Origin: an uncultured bacterium
GTDB lineage: Bacteria > Bacillota > Clostridia > Lachnospirales > Lachnospiraceae
Assembly: GCA_937893485.1 (NCBI GenBank)
Contig: CALBJL010000049.1
Coordinates: 1 to 62,766 of the forward strand
Direction of reading: 5' to 3'
DNA: 62,766 nt
In this document: piece after piece, positions 62,315 through 62,766 of the stretch
Position numbering within the stretch: the first letter of the stretch is position 1
Layout: every line of letters begins with the position of its first letter
The notes under the pieces: model-generated
Database searches by the model: none
Told to the model about the DNA's origin: nothing
Seen by the model: only the letters and a program-made list of their open reading frames with translations
Translations under genes and position numbers: made by a program

Positions 62315-62766
62315 ATGATGCAATTAACAGTCGAGGAACAGAAACGACTGAATCAAATCCTGAATCAATACCGCACCCACGAGAAAATACAAGAGATGCG
62401 CCGCTATATTCAGCATGGGGCGATCACGACCTACGATCATGCAGAGCGGGTGACAGCGATGTGCTTCTGGCTGAACCGCAGGCTACATCTGGGAGCGGAT
62501 GAGAGGGCGCTGGTGCTGGGCGCATATTTGCATGACTTTTATCTGTATGACTGGCATGTAAATGGCAAGTCACACAGACTGCATGGTTATCATCACCCGG
62601 TTACATCCTGTGAGAATGCGGTGCATTATTTTCATGTGGATCAACGGATTCAGCAAATGATCCGGTCGCATATGTGGCCACTCACGATCACGCGGATGCC
62701 GGGCAGCCGTGAGGCGTGGATTCTATGTTTCGCAGATAAATGCATCTCCATTTCGGAGACATTGCT
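62315..62766 (+). CDS. HD-domain phosphohydrolase (truncated by the window end)
   Basis: YIQHG..TYDH, LHDFYLYDWH, HP, SHMWPL, ADK; upstream TTGAAT-N17-TATAAT at 62221-62249. Confidence 0.88.
   Translation, partial: MMQLTVEEQKRLNQILNQYRTHEKIQEMRRYIQHGAITTYDHAERVTAMCFWLNRRLHLGADERALVLGAYLHDFYLYDWHVNGKSHRLHGYHHPVTSCENAVHYFHVDQRIQQMIRSHMWPLTITRMPGSREAWILCFADKCISISETL

Overview
A gene-dense chromosomal segment that looks like a Lachnospiraceae-type (Clostridia) gut anaerobe; this is inferred from gene content and sequence style. Core and near-core genes are pyrG, ftsH-uvrC-hprK, M18 aminopeptidase-murB-rapZ-whiA-lipid kinase, fba, type III glutamine synthetase, yigZ, PBP1A, nth, tRNA-Gln(CTG), an ECF-type Ni/Co transporter and a DtxR-feoA-feoA-feoB locus. 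These are interspersed with secreted Ig/SH3-type surface proteins and an ECF sigma operon. The most notable items are: (1) an ~11.7 kb polyamine catabolic locus (aguB, patA, aldehyde dehydrogenase, gabT, 4-hydroxybutyrate dehydrogenase, a transporter and an amidohydrolase, with no aguA or gabD), whose two promoters and the glnA promoter carry ANTAR-like hexaloop hairpin/terminator leaders; (2) an AT-rich two-gene module of a HipA/CtkA-like kinase plus a partner that seems to fuse a HipA-N/HipS-like domain to a catalytically dead resolvase-HTH; (3) a PD-(D/E)XK/Rpn-like gene with a strong internal in-frame RBS+ATG ahead of a 24-bp tandem repeat; (4) a ~470-bp multi-hairpin non-coding element with 17-bp terminal inverted repeats and a second copy at the window start; (5) a probable ~100-nt sRNA with an anti-Shine-Dalgarno motif. 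No CRISPR array, rRNA, integrase or intact transposase was seen. All family calls come from motif recognition by eye, not from database searches.
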